Assembly: GCA_965112155.1 (NCBI GenBank)
Contig: OZ218100.1
DNA: 64,000 nt
From: Podarcis liolepis
Taxonomy: Eukaryota
Strand: one strand, 5' to 3'
The notes under the pieces were generated by a model. That model was not told the origin of the DNA, made no database searches, and saw only the letters and a list, made by a program, of their open reading frames with translations. Positions 50,601 to 59,277 of the stretch are shown piece after piece. The stretch's first letter is position 1. The number at the start of each line of letters is the position of its first letter. Position numbers and translations under genes: made by a program.

Positions 50601-52869
50601 CCATATACCTTTATGTCATTTGGCAGGCATTTCATTTCTTGATTATCTCCAGAATCCTCACCCCTGAGCTGAATGAAGTATGTCCTGTTACTTTGCTGTA
50701 CCAGAGAATGTTCTGTGTATGTGTGCAGTTTACTCAAGTTAAAAGTATCAAAAGTCACCGACAAATGTGACAGAGTTTAAATAATTTATGCTCTGCTTTC
50801 CACACATTAAGAGAAGCTAAAACCTTCTTTACTCCAGAAACAGTATTTAGAAGATTAATTAAGGCCACCTAAATGTAACACCAAGATAAGAACATTTCCC
50901 TCAAAACTCATATATATGTTTTAATGGTATAACCAATATGTGTCAATATTATCAAATAAGATTACCTGGAATTATGAAGTGGTAGAATTTTTCCATCAGT
51001 TTTTGAATAAGTTGATTAGCTTTTTTTATTCTGCCACCACCATCACTAAGGAATTCTAGCTTGCTTAAGCCAACTTCAAGAAGATACATTCCAACCTGTG
51101 AATGTAGTTTTTAGATGAATTTTGGAACGTGCAAGAAAAGGAGAAAAAATGTGAGAAAAAGATCATAAGCTTACTGGTGACTAAACTGGAATTCTAAACT
51201 TGCTTACCCGTGAGCAACCCCCACTGAATTTAATAGGACTTACTTCCAAGTAAACATGGCTAGAATTGCAGAGTTCATAGGTGACCACCCTTGGCAACTT
51301 GTGGCTGAAGGACCAAATTATATGGTTGTGGGAGATCCATTATAATTATTTTCCCGTAAGCACAGCCATGGATCAAAGCAACAACACTCAAGGAAAAACA
51401 GTCTATGCCATCCCCAGATGCCTTATTTTATTTTTTGCTTGCTTGCTTGCTTGCTTTTATATCCCACCTTTCCTCCTTTCAGGTTCTCCATCTCTCCATT
51501 TTATCCTTATAACAACCCTGTGAGGTAGGCTAGGCTGAGAGACATTGACTGGCCCAAGGTCCCCTAGTGAGCTTCATGGCTAGAACCCTGGTCTCCCAGC
51601 TCTTAGTCAAAAACTGTAACCAATACATCCTTCAGCCAACTGCTGTTTGAATTATGCCCAGAAACTAGATAGAAGACAGTGCAAATAAGTGACATTTAGC
51701 ACTCTGAAAATAATCCTACTTCCCTAATAACATAAACCTTCAGGTGTGAAATGTCAATGCTCTCTGGGGGAGTCCAAAGTCCATCAGATATAAGCCTTAG
51801 TCAAGCATAAATTGTGGATTCTACATGTAATCCTGATTATAATGTTATATTTGACCCCAAGTGGCTCAAATAACATTCCATGGTATGAGTAAACTACAGC
51901 TTCCTGGATCCTAGGATATGCTAAACTAAATCTTACCAAAAAAACTACCTATAATGTTCATGTTGCAGGCAAGCATTTGGCTAACTTTTAATATTCATTG
52001 GACCAATCTTACATTGAAATCCTACACATATTTAGGATTATGTGCATAATGAACTCAATGGAATTTAATTCTGAATAAATATGCATGACAATATTGTTAA
52101 TGTAAATAGAGACAATTCTCTGAAAATCAAACAGAAAGGGTACCAGATGTTCACGTAATATGTTCAAGTACGAAATAAATGGCTTATTCTTAACAATTAG
52201 GAAGTCTTATTAATTACGTAAATCAAGTACCTTTAAGCACTGGCCATCTCCGGTTCTTTGACAAAGTACAATTACTCTCTTCTTTTGCAGCCACATCAAG
52301 TCTTCTAACGTTTCATTACTTAAAGATGATTCAACTAACACGTCTTCTTGATAAGTGTTCTGTAATGATTCTTCCCTCTCATCCACCTTCTCAACGTTCG
52401 TTGCATGAATACAGATACGCAAATGATCACTAGGTTCTGCTCTCATCAATGTAAAACTCTTTTTATGGACATTCTCACTTAGTTGTTGACCAGGAAGAGG
52501 TTGCAGAATAAACTCTCCAAGCAAGGTTTTCCAGTTAGAATCAGAAATATAAGGAAATATCACAATATTTAGCTGTATGGATATGGAAGTCAAGAGATGG
52601 CAGGAATCTTCTGCTTCATCCAAAATGGTTGAGAAGCTCAATGATTTTAGGTTGTTTACTTTGAGCGTCGAAACTTCATCAGTGCTATCATCATTTCTAA
52701 CAACATGTGCTGTAGAAGATGAGCTTGTACCTGCAAGAGGTTGGTCTTCGTCCACTGCATCCAAATCTATCACTTCATTTTTACGGTCATCATGCATATT
52801 CCAGCAGAGCTGCTTCTTTTTCTCATCATTCATCCTCGATGGAGGAGCACGCTTTCGACGGCCACTCAT
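17053..52869 (-). CDS. SHPRH: E3 ubiquitin-protein ligase SHPRH (SNF2 histone-linker PHD RING helicase), full multi-exon CDS, 29 coding exons, 5076 nt / 1691 aa
   Basis: Starts [10 protein letters not shown]. Contains SNF2 motif [15 protein letters not shown]15 domain, PHD finger (CICG...[13 protein letters not shown]...CPHC), motif II CLDEAQ, motif III SGTP, RING (CPIC...CGHCFCNEC...CAIC) and motif [13 protein letters not shown]; ends ...[13 protein letters not shown]. All exon junctions are phase-compatible, with GT-AG sites except one GC-AG. Confidence 0.98.
18435..18515 (-). CDS. SHPRH: SHPRH exon 29
   Basis: [27 protein letters not shown]. Confidence 0.95.
19042..19220 (-). CDS. SHPRH: SHPRH exon 28 (helicase motifs V-VI)
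   Basis: ENLSAFK...[13 protein letters not shown]...[12 protein letters not shown]. Confidence 0.96.
20403..20489 (-). CDS. SHPRH: SHPRH exon 27
   Basis: [29 protein letters not shown]. Confidence 0.95.
20786..20878 (-). CDS. SHPRH: SHPRH exon 26
   Basis: [31 protein letters not shown]. Confidence 0.95.
21732..21920 (-). CDS. SHPRH: SHPRH exon 25 (RING)
   Basis: [14 protein letters not shown]...CAICRQTT...DIPVK. Confidence 0.96.
22227..22464. mobile_element. Tigger-like MITE
   Basis: TA-CAGTTGTACT...GTACCACTG-TA; related to 2039-2280. Confidence 0.75.
22872..22943 (-). CDS. SHPRH: SHPRH exon 24 (RING start)
   Basis: [24 protein letters not shown]. Confidence 0.95.
23970..24210. mobile_element. 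Tigger-like MITE with internal ~30-bp repeats
   Basis: TA-CAGTGGAC...GTCCACTG-TA; internal repeats of GCGCATGCACAGAAGCGCTC. Confidence 0.8.
24585..24686 (-). CDS. SHPRH: SHPRH exon 23
   Basis: [12 protein letters not shown]...LLYLTNLEK. Confidence 0.94.
24927..25070 (-). CDS. SHPRH: SHPRH exon 22
   Basis: [11 protein letters not shown]...HIIEPHE. Confidence 0.94.
26472..26637 (-). mobile_element. Sauria SINE, internally deleted
   Basis: (GGTAAA)n tail joined almost directly to the 5' half; compare full copy at 31771-32126. Confidence 0.75.
26832..27057 (-). CDS. SHPRH: SHPRH exon 21
   Basis: [14 protein letters not shown]...FEAWKKEYK. Confidence 0.94.
27390..27452 (-). CDS. SHPRH: SHPRH exon 20
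   Basis: [20 protein letters not shown]. Confidence 0.93.
27752..27925 (-). CDS. SHPRH: SHPRH exon 19
   Basis: [11 protein letters not shown]...[11 protein letters not shown]. Confidence 0.94.
28673..28815 (-). CDS. SHPRH: SHPRH exon 18
   Basis: [13 protein letters not shown]...KLSMAD. Confidence 0.93.
30532..30639 (-). CDS. SHPRH: SHPRH exon 17
   Basis: [11 protein letters not shown]...IHELQKK. Confidence 0.93.
30897..30970 (+). mobile_element. CR1 LINE 3' terminus
   Basis: GGGGGTTGGACTAGATGACC...CTCTATGATTCTATG. Confidence 0.8.
31771..32126 (-). mobile_element. Sauria SINE, full length
   Basis: 5' GGGACGCGGGTGGCGCTGTGG, B box GGTTCGAATCC; 13-bp TSD TCAGG(T/C)ACTTGTA at 31758-31770 and 32127-32139. 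Confidence 0.92.
33059..33151 (-). CDS. SHPRH: SHPRH exon 16
   Basis: [12 protein letters not shown]...[11 protein letters not shown]. Confidence 0.94.
33279..33621. mobile_element. Tc1/mariner (Tc2/pogo-like) non-autonomous element
   Basis: TIRs CCGTATATAC(T/A)CG.GTAT..., TA target duplication, internal repeats of CTTATACTCG. Confidence 0.85.
33694..33775. mobile_element. Tigger-like fragment
   Basis: TA-CAGGTGACTCCCCATTTATGCGGGGGTTACATTCC start. Confidence 0.45.
34550..34638 (-). CDS. SHPRH: SHPRH exon 15
   Basis: [30 protein letters not shown]. Confidence 0.94.
35816..35937 (-). CDS. SHPRH: SHPRH exon 14
   Basis: STMTMEELL...[12 protein letters not shown]. Confidence 0.94.
36657..36800 (-). 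mobile_element. Squamate retroposon 3' end (CR1-related tail)
   Basis: AAGAATATAAGAGGAGCC..CTGGACCAG..CAAAGG...CTAGTC; related copies at ~39985-40100 (+) and 63918-64000 (-). Confidence 0.55.
38419..38675 (-). CDS. SHPRH: SHPRH exon 13
   Basis: IQIPAQTE...[22 protein letters not shown]. Confidence 0.95.
38766..38929 (-). CDS. SHPRH: SHPRH exon 12
   Basis: [10 protein letters not shown]...[11 protein letters not shown]. Confidence 0.95.
39416..39553. mobile_element. hAT MITE with perfect 8-bp TSD
   Basis: Perfect TIRs CAGTGTTGGCCAAACTTGGGTCTCCAGCTGTTTT; TSD TCATAATC at 39408-15 and 39554-61. Confidence 0.95.
40105..40390 (+). mobile_element. Degenerate L2 LINE fragment
   Basis: [10 protein letters not shown] motif and downstream L2-like sequence. 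Confidence 0.6.
40672..40750 (-). CDS. SHPRH: SHPRH exon 11 (motif III)
   Basis: [26 protein letters not shown]. Confidence 0.95.
41557..41602. repeat. (AG)n microsatellite
   Basis: Direct reading. Confidence 0.95.
42139..42390 (-). CDS. SHPRH: SHPRH exon 10 (motif II)
   Basis: VYQGVKKHG...[18 protein letters not shown]. Confidence 0.96.
42725..43405 (-). CDS. SHPRH: SHPRH exon 9 (PHD finger)
   Basis: FECICGE...[10 protein letters not shown]...CPHC...[14 protein letters not shown]; 681 nt. Confidence 0.95.
44416..44672 (-). CDS. SHPRH: SHPRH exon 8 (H15 linker-histone domain)
   Basis: [19 protein letters not shown]...[11 protein letters not shown]. Confidence 0.95.
45721..45826 (-). CDS. 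SHPRH: SHPRH exon 7
   Basis: [10 protein letters not shown]...KEKVHYP; TAG| acceptor, |GTAAGT donor; phases fit neighbours. Confidence 0.88.
47164..47314 (-). CDS. SHPRH: SHPRH exon 6 (SNF2 motif I)
   Basis: CIIRERP...[17 protein letters not shown]...LMLPE. Confidence 0.95.
47666..47727 (+). mobile_element. CR1 3' terminus (degenerate)
   Basis: GCAGGGGGTTGGTCTACATGACC...ATTCTATG. Confidence 0.65.
47976..48054 (-). CDS. SHPRH: SHPRH exon 5
   Basis: [11 protein letters not shown]...YNPFTG; acceptor CAGTAG|, donor CTG|GTAAG. Confidence 0.92.
49191..49409 (-). CDS. SHPRH: SHPRH exon 4 (GC donor)
   Basis: DILEEDEEE...[13 protein letters not shown]...PTN; donor ATG|GCAAGT; 219 nt. Confidence 0.9.
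50966..51095 (-). CDS. SHPRH: SHPRH exon 3
   Basis: CAG|GTTGGAATG (VGMYLLEVG...FIIP), donor CAG|GTAAT, 130 nt. Confidence 0.92.
51455..51630 (-). mobile_element. Older MIR/Ther1-like CORE SINE
   Basis: ACAACCCTGTGAGGTAGG...GACTGGCCCAAGGTC.C..AGTGAG core; similar decayed copy at ~48320-48540. Confidence 0.65.
52231..52869 (-). CDS. SHPRH: SHPRH exon 2 (first coding; exon starts 52898)
   Basis: [10 protein letters not shown]...GQCLK, donor AAG|GTACTT, phase 0. Confidence 0.95.
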
Positions 52870-53467
52870 TTTTATGTTTCACTAGCAGTGTTTAATCTCT
52901 GTAATACAGATTGACATCCATTTACATTTCTGCATGGATTAGTATACTTTGGTTTGTTAACAATAAAGGCCTGATTCAAATGTATAGGTAACAACCCATA
53001 GTTTACTGAACAGAGAATGAGTGCTGTGTCCCATCTCCTCTCTCTGTCTCTCACCCACCCACGAAAGAATATTCTGGGGTTTGATCAGAAACTGTTGTTT
53101 AATCTCTAACTGCAAATGGTTTCAAGGCAAGAATGATAAATAGTAGCATGTGAAGGAGCCACAACACTTGTCGAAATTATATAGACACATCTAAAATGTA
53201 AGTCCTGATTAAAAAGTAAATATATCTTAATCAGTTTATGCTTACAACAACAATATTTTTTACAAGTTAAATATTCCTCCCTCCAAATTTGTTTTCTAAC
53301 TCTAAATATAATTCAAAACATTACCATCTCTAAAGGGTGAATTCACCAGTGGATCTGTACCCTTCATCTCGAAACATAAGACTATTTAATTATGAAATGG
53401 TGTTATTTAAAAATAGGCATGTGATTACAAATGGATGGAGACCATGCACCCAAGATATAGTCTAAAT

Positions 53468-54944
53468 CCCAAGAGGTACTCATTTATGGTTCCTCGTCAT
53501 CCTGGAAAAAAGTGACAAGTGGGGTGACGCAGGGTTCTGTTCTGGGCCCGTTGTTGTTCAACATCTTTATAAATGACTTGGATGAAGGAATTGAGGGGAT
53601 GCTCATCAAATTTGCAGATGACATCAAACTCGGAGGGGTAGCTAATTCCGCAGAATCTGAATTCAAAATGACTTTAACAGATTGGAGAACTGGGCACAAG
53701 CTAACAAAATGAATTTCAATAGGCAGGAACAAATATAACTGCACTTAGGCAGGAAGAACCAGATGCACAAATATAGGACGGGGGGCACCTGGCTTACTAG
53801 CAGTGCATGAGAAAAGGACCTAGGGGTCTTGGTGGACCACAAGCTAAACATGAGTAAACAGTGTGATGCAGCAGCAGCGCAAAAAGAAAAAGAAAAAAGA
53901 AGAAGCAGCTAATGCCATTCTAGGCTGCATCAACAGAAATATGCGTGGTGTCCAGATCAAGGGAAGCAATAGTACCACTCTATTCTGCCTTTCTCAGACC
54001 ATACTTGGCATACTATGTCCAATTCTGGGCACTACAATTTAGGATGGATGTTGACAAGCTGGAACATGTGCAGAGGGGGGCAACCAAGATGATCAAGGGT
54101 CTGGAAACTAAACCTTATGAGGAGCGCTTGAAGGACCTGGGTATATTTAGCCTGTAAAAAAGGAGACTGAGAGGAGATATGATAGTTATCTTCAAATATC
54201 TTAAGGGCTTGTCAGCTTCGTCTTTGAGCCAGTACCAATGACTGGGCTCAACCTTTTCAGCCCCGACTGGGCCAGGCAAGCTGGGAAAGCACTTCCAGAG
54301 ACCTTCCACTGCAGGGAGCAGGTCTAAGTGCTGTGGACTCACAACTTAGAGCTGTGAGCACCAAACTCAGTTCCAAAAGTCAACGGAGCACAGCAGAGTA
54401 TGAACCACATGAATGACAGCTCTGAAGTATAACTTCTTTTATTCTCTACAGCTACTGCATAAACTAACTAAAGACTAATTGGAGGCGCTGGACTGCATGA
54501 GTGTTACAGTTGCTTGAGAAGTCACCTTATCTATATACAGATATCACTCAGACTCCTACAGGCTGTAGCAGAAGAAGAGATAAGCAAAATCCGCCCCATC
54601 CTTCCTGAAACATTGTCAGCAGATTCTTGCAATGGGAGGGGTGAAACATCTTCAGGGCTGTCACATGGAGAAGTGAGCATGCTTGTTTTCTCCTGCTCTG
54701 GAGGGTAGGACTTGAACCAATGGCTTCAGGTTACAAGGAAGGAGATTCCAAATAAACATTTGGAAAAGCTTTCTGACAGTAAGAGCTGTTCAGCAGTGGA
54801 GAGATGGTGGACTCTCCTTCCTTGGAAGTTTTTAAACAGAGGCTGGATGGCCATCTGTCATGGATGCTTTAGCTGAGAGTCCAGCGCTGCAAGGGGTTGG
54901 ACTAGATGACCCTTGGGATCCCCTCCAACTCTAAGATTCTATGA
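53468..54944 (+). mobile_element. CR1 LINE 3' part (RT region to tail), interrupted by a solo LTR
   Basis: [23 protein letters not shown]...KFADD RT motifs; CR1 resumes at 54655; ends GATTCTATGA. Confidence 0.92.
54210..54654 (-). mobile_element. Solo LTR (445 bp) inserted in CR1
   Basis: TG...CA termini; 5-bp TSD GGGCT (54205-09, 54655-59); minus-strand TATATA (54537-32) and AATAAA (54443-38). Confidence 0.8.
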
Positions 54945-55021
54945 ACATGAGAGACTTGCTTTAATCACTAAGTTAATATGATAACAAAGACCAGGCACAT
55001 GAATACCTGCTGATTAACAAC

Positions 55022-55356
55022 TGATTAGCCATGTTCAAATATATAAAAGGATGTCACATAGAGGAGGGAGAAAGGTTGTTTTCTGCTGCTCCAGAGAAGC
55101 GGACACGGAGCAATGGATCCAAACTACAAGAAAGAAGATTCCACGTAAACATTAGGAAGAACTTCCTGACAGTAAGAGCTGTTCAACAGTGGAATTTGCT
55201 GCCAAGGAGTGTGGTGGAGTCTCCTTCTTTGGAGGTCTTTAAGCAGAGGCTTGACAACCATATGTCAGGAGTGCTCTGATGGTGTTTCCTGCTTGGCAGG
55301 GGGTTGGACTCGATGGCCCTTGTGGTCTCTTCCAACTCTATGATTCTATGATTCTA
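55022..55356 (+). mobile_element. CR1 LINE 3' fragment (second subfamily)
   Basis: FKYIKG...RTRSNG.KL...F...IRKNFLTVRAV.QWN.LP..VV.SPSLE.FKQRLD; (ATTCTATG)n tail. Confidence 0.92.
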
Positions 55357-56519
55357 ACTTAAAAACCCACAACCCTGTTCCTCAGAAAGCTTCTATCTGG
55401 GCATTCATTCAGAATTTGCCTTATGCCACCTTATACTACAACACACCCTCATTGCCTTAAAGCTAAAATATTTGGACAGATGAGGGATGGAGGCAGAAAT
55501 GAGGGATACAGGCAGTATTTTTAACTCTTCATGAAAGGACTATTAATGTTGGTAGCACCACATGACATTTTGTCTCAAGGAGGAAATCAGCCACACAATC
55601 AAACTTATTTCAAAGGGGTAGTTGTGTTACTCTTGGAGCAAAACACACCAAAAGCCTTATGGCATCTTAAAAGATTAACAAATTAATTACAGCATAAACA
55701 TTTATAGACTACAATTATGCAGCCAAAGAACTTGACTCTAGTCCACTGTAATAAATTTGACGGTCTTTAAGATGCCACAAGACTCTTTGTTGCATATACT
55801 ATCAACCATGTTTGCACTTAACAAACAAAAGTCATGATTAATACATGTACATCAAATAAAGAAGTTATGCCACAGATACAAACTAAACTTGATACATATT
55901 TATTTGCATTATATTATCTACAGGTGACCGAGAACTCTGGGACCCATCTGTTACTCAGGACATTTAATCCACATCAGCTGACAGGAAGTGAAATGGGCAA
56001 AGAATCCATATGCGCACATTCAAAACCATGTAATCTGGATTCCTTACTAAACTGTGTAAATTATGCTACCATATTTCAAAGTGGAGTAGACACTGGGCAA
56101 AGACAGTGGGGTATTCCCCTACTTCCACCTCACTGTATGCTTATAAACAAAGATGCTACGAATATTCTACGATTGTTTCCAACAGATAAATCACGAATAT
56201 AATAAGCTCTGGCTGTACATGCACATGACATACCAGAAAATGATTTTTTGTTTTTTGAAGGAGAGAGAAGATTAGCGTGCTCCTCCCAACAACTTATAAG
56301 AGGGGCTGTTGGGGGGGAGGGGAGTGAGATACAAAACCGCAAGAGAATTATTCATTATATTGTGCATATTATAAGAATATGCAGATAATAGGGATACCAA
56401 CAAGGCCAAGGCGCCGGTAACAACCCCCCTCCATTAAGGCCTATTGCACGTCATAGACCAACGAAGAAGCTGTCTCTCCCTCTATATATAAAACTATAAA
56501 CACACACACATGTGTGTGT

Positions 56520-56990
56520 AAGTGTGTAAGCGACAGGTGGGGGCGAAGCCACTAACTGCAGCCTCCCACCCGCTGCTTCTTCTCAGCCTGACTTACCTGA
56601 GAGGATTGGAATCAGCTCCTTGGGGCTCCTCCCCGGCTTCCCCTTCTGGGCCCGACGACGGCGGCGGCGAGGCTGGCAGAAGAAACAAGCTCCTGAGCAG
56701 CTCCAAGGAGCGCAGCGACCATCCTTGAATCAGGAAGAGGAAGACGAAGCGAAGGGAGGGTGGGGGGAGGGGAAAGCCAAACAACAACAAGATTCTCCCC
56801 TCAAAGTTCACCCGCCGGACGGAGGAAGGAGGCGGAAGCCGAGAGTGACGTGAAGGCCCCGCCCACTGCCCCTCTCGCGCTAGCACGCGCCTCCCCCCCC
56901 CACGACAGGGAAGCGGCGAATGTGCGCGTGCGCGGTGCCTTCGGGGAGGACAAACGGAGACGGTTGTGGAACAGCTGCTGTAAGACCCGT
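56520..56990 (-). promoter_or_regulatory. SHPRH CpG-island promoter
   Basis: Only markedly CpG/GC-rich non-repeat stretch in the window. Motifs: ETS CGGAAG 56833-38, CRE-like TGACGTG 56846-52, GC box GGCCCCGCCC 56855-64, TCTCGCG 56873-79, NRF1-type TGCGCGTGCGC 56923-33. Confidence 0.85.
56597..56840 (-). other. SHPRH: SHPRH non-coding exon 1 (5' end approximate)
   Basis: Consensus donor CAG|GTAAGT at 56597/56596 at the edge of the CpG island; next acceptor TACAG| at 52899 lies 29 nt before the ATG. TSS not directly visible. Confidence 0.75.
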
Positions 56991-59139
56991 TACATCCCAG
57001 ATTAGGTTGCTGTGATGGGTTTACCCAGGATTAGTTTGGGGCGTGTTGGTTGGTCTTGAGGTTCTGCGACGGTCTTGAGTCTTATTTTAAAATTATTATT
57101 TTTACAAAAACCCAACCCCTGTCTTTTCGACTTAAGTTAGATGCAACTTTTTAAAGATCTTGTAGTGTGGCGAACACTTTGGAACTCCTTGCCTATTGAA
57201 ACCAGGCAGGTGCCTTCACTGTACTTCACTGGCACCTTCTGCTAAAGACATTTTTGTTTAGGCGAGTCTGCCCATGCATCCAGACTGCTTGTGTGCTTTT
57301 ATATTATTAGTGGCTTTAATTGTCTTAATTATTCTTACCAATAATGTTATTTTTTAAAAAAATTGGTTTGGAAAATGTTTAGGATTTTTTTAAAAAAAAC
57401 AACAACAGCAATGAAGCTATATAGAAATTTTATGAAACATGTAAATAAATAAATAAAATTGGGGTTCCACAGCAAAATGGATCCAACAAGCCAGAAGTTT
57501 GCCCACCTTTGTTCATAAGAGGAAGAGAAAGCAGGTCAGCTGGCAGAAATAGCTCTTCCTTTTGCCTGTTTCTGGCTCCCTGCTGCTGAGCCAAATCCTT
57601 GCTGCTGCACCACCCAAAGAGAAAGGCCAAGCAAATAAAGGGAAGCAGCAGAAACCATCCCTGGCTGAGCGATCCTAAGGAGGCAATGGCTGCTGCTGCC
57701 ACCCTGAACCTAGAAAGGAGGGGGAGTGGAAGTTTGAGGACGGCAGGGAAGCATGCAGGCAGGCTCCTGCCTCTTCTCTCTTGCCCATCCTTGCTGGTGC
57801 CCACCTGTCAGTCATGTGATATCATCACAACAAGCTGAATAATGTTTTTGCAGAACTGAAACTGCAGTGGAACGGAAGCAGTGCCGCATGCACTGGATAC
57901 AGAGCAAAATGGAAGATGATGGATTATCACAAGTAGACGCAGATCTAGGAGAAGTTCCAGTAGTAAAGTGTCTGTGCAAATGCAACCTTGGTAGAACATC
58001 AAGGGAACATTGCAGGAATATTACGGTGGGGTTGCAGGTGGACATGATGTCACAAGTACTATGACCACCTTGCTGCATTCAGTAAGTTTCACTAGTTAGG
58101 AACATAGCCTTATACTGAGTCAAACCATTGGTCCATCTCGCTCAGTATTGTCTGCATCATCCCTGGCCATTGGCCATGCTGGCTGGGGCTGATGGAGTCC
58201 AACAATATCTGAAGGGCCAGAGGTTAACCCCCTCTGATCTGCACTTACTGGCAGTAACTGTCCAGAGGTTCAGACAGGGAATATTCCCAGTTTTACTTGG
58301 AAATGGTAGGGAATCTTGGGTTTCTGGCATACAAACCAGAAGCTCTGTAGCTAAGCTACAACCCTTTCTGCAGTTACTGAATAGGAACCATTAATTTTAC
58401 AAGTTGTATTCAACTTTTAATAATTTCTTTTTTAAAACTACAACACCTTAATGAAAGATTAGAAGACAAATACAGCTAGTTAATGTTGACACTACATAAC
58501 TGCAGTGATCCAACACACTCAGTTTTTTTCCAAAGAAGGCGTTTAATAACGTCTACCTGTCTGCTTCAGTAGAACAGCTTTGACACCTTTCAAGGCTCAC
58601 AGGGATATGGCGATAATTATTTAATTAAAGTGTGCAAAAGCTTGTGAAGATTTGCCGACAAGAACATAGCCCAGCATAAATGAGATGTTTTACTACAACA
58701 GACTATAAAACTATTCAAGAATAAAGTTGCTGTACTTAAGTTTCAGATCAGTGAAGAGATCAACTTTATATAACCCAGTGGGAAAATTACCTCCAGAGGA
58801 TTTTACACCTTCGTTTCCTTCCTCCAGTTTAATTGCTTATGTTGCATACTAACACGCCAGACATCGCAGAGGATTTCTGGCAATGTTCATAATGTTCTTT
58901 TACACTAAGTAATGATCCTATATGGCTGGTCTGAGAGTGAAAGATCCAGATTATTTGGGGCAATGTTACTTAGCGGGACACTTAAGGCTTTTCAAAATGA
59001 CGCTAAAGGTGGGTGTATTGCTGTGATAACACAGAGGGTAATATACGCTGATGGAGCTAAACTCGGTAGGGTAATAGGGCATGTCTGCTTTGTGGCTTTT
59101 CAGTACCCATCTCATTATAAATAAATATTTCAAAGTATA

Positions 59140-59277
59140 CAGGGGTGAGGAACCTGTCACCATCCAGATGTTATTGGACTCCAACTCACATCAGCCCCAG
59201 ACAATATGGCCAGTGGTCAGGGATGATGTGAATTGTAGTACAGCAACATCTAGAAGACCATAAATTTCCTATCCCTG
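59140..59277. mobile_element. Diverged hAT palindromic MITE
   Basis: CAGGGGTGAGGAA...TTCCTATCCCTG with the same GGATGATG..AATTGTAGT core as the other copies. Confidence 0.7.

Noticed and set aside
56522-57005. Overlapping ORFs in the CpG island
   Set aside because: Expected from stop-poor GC-rich sequence, mostly non-ATG starts, no domain similarity.
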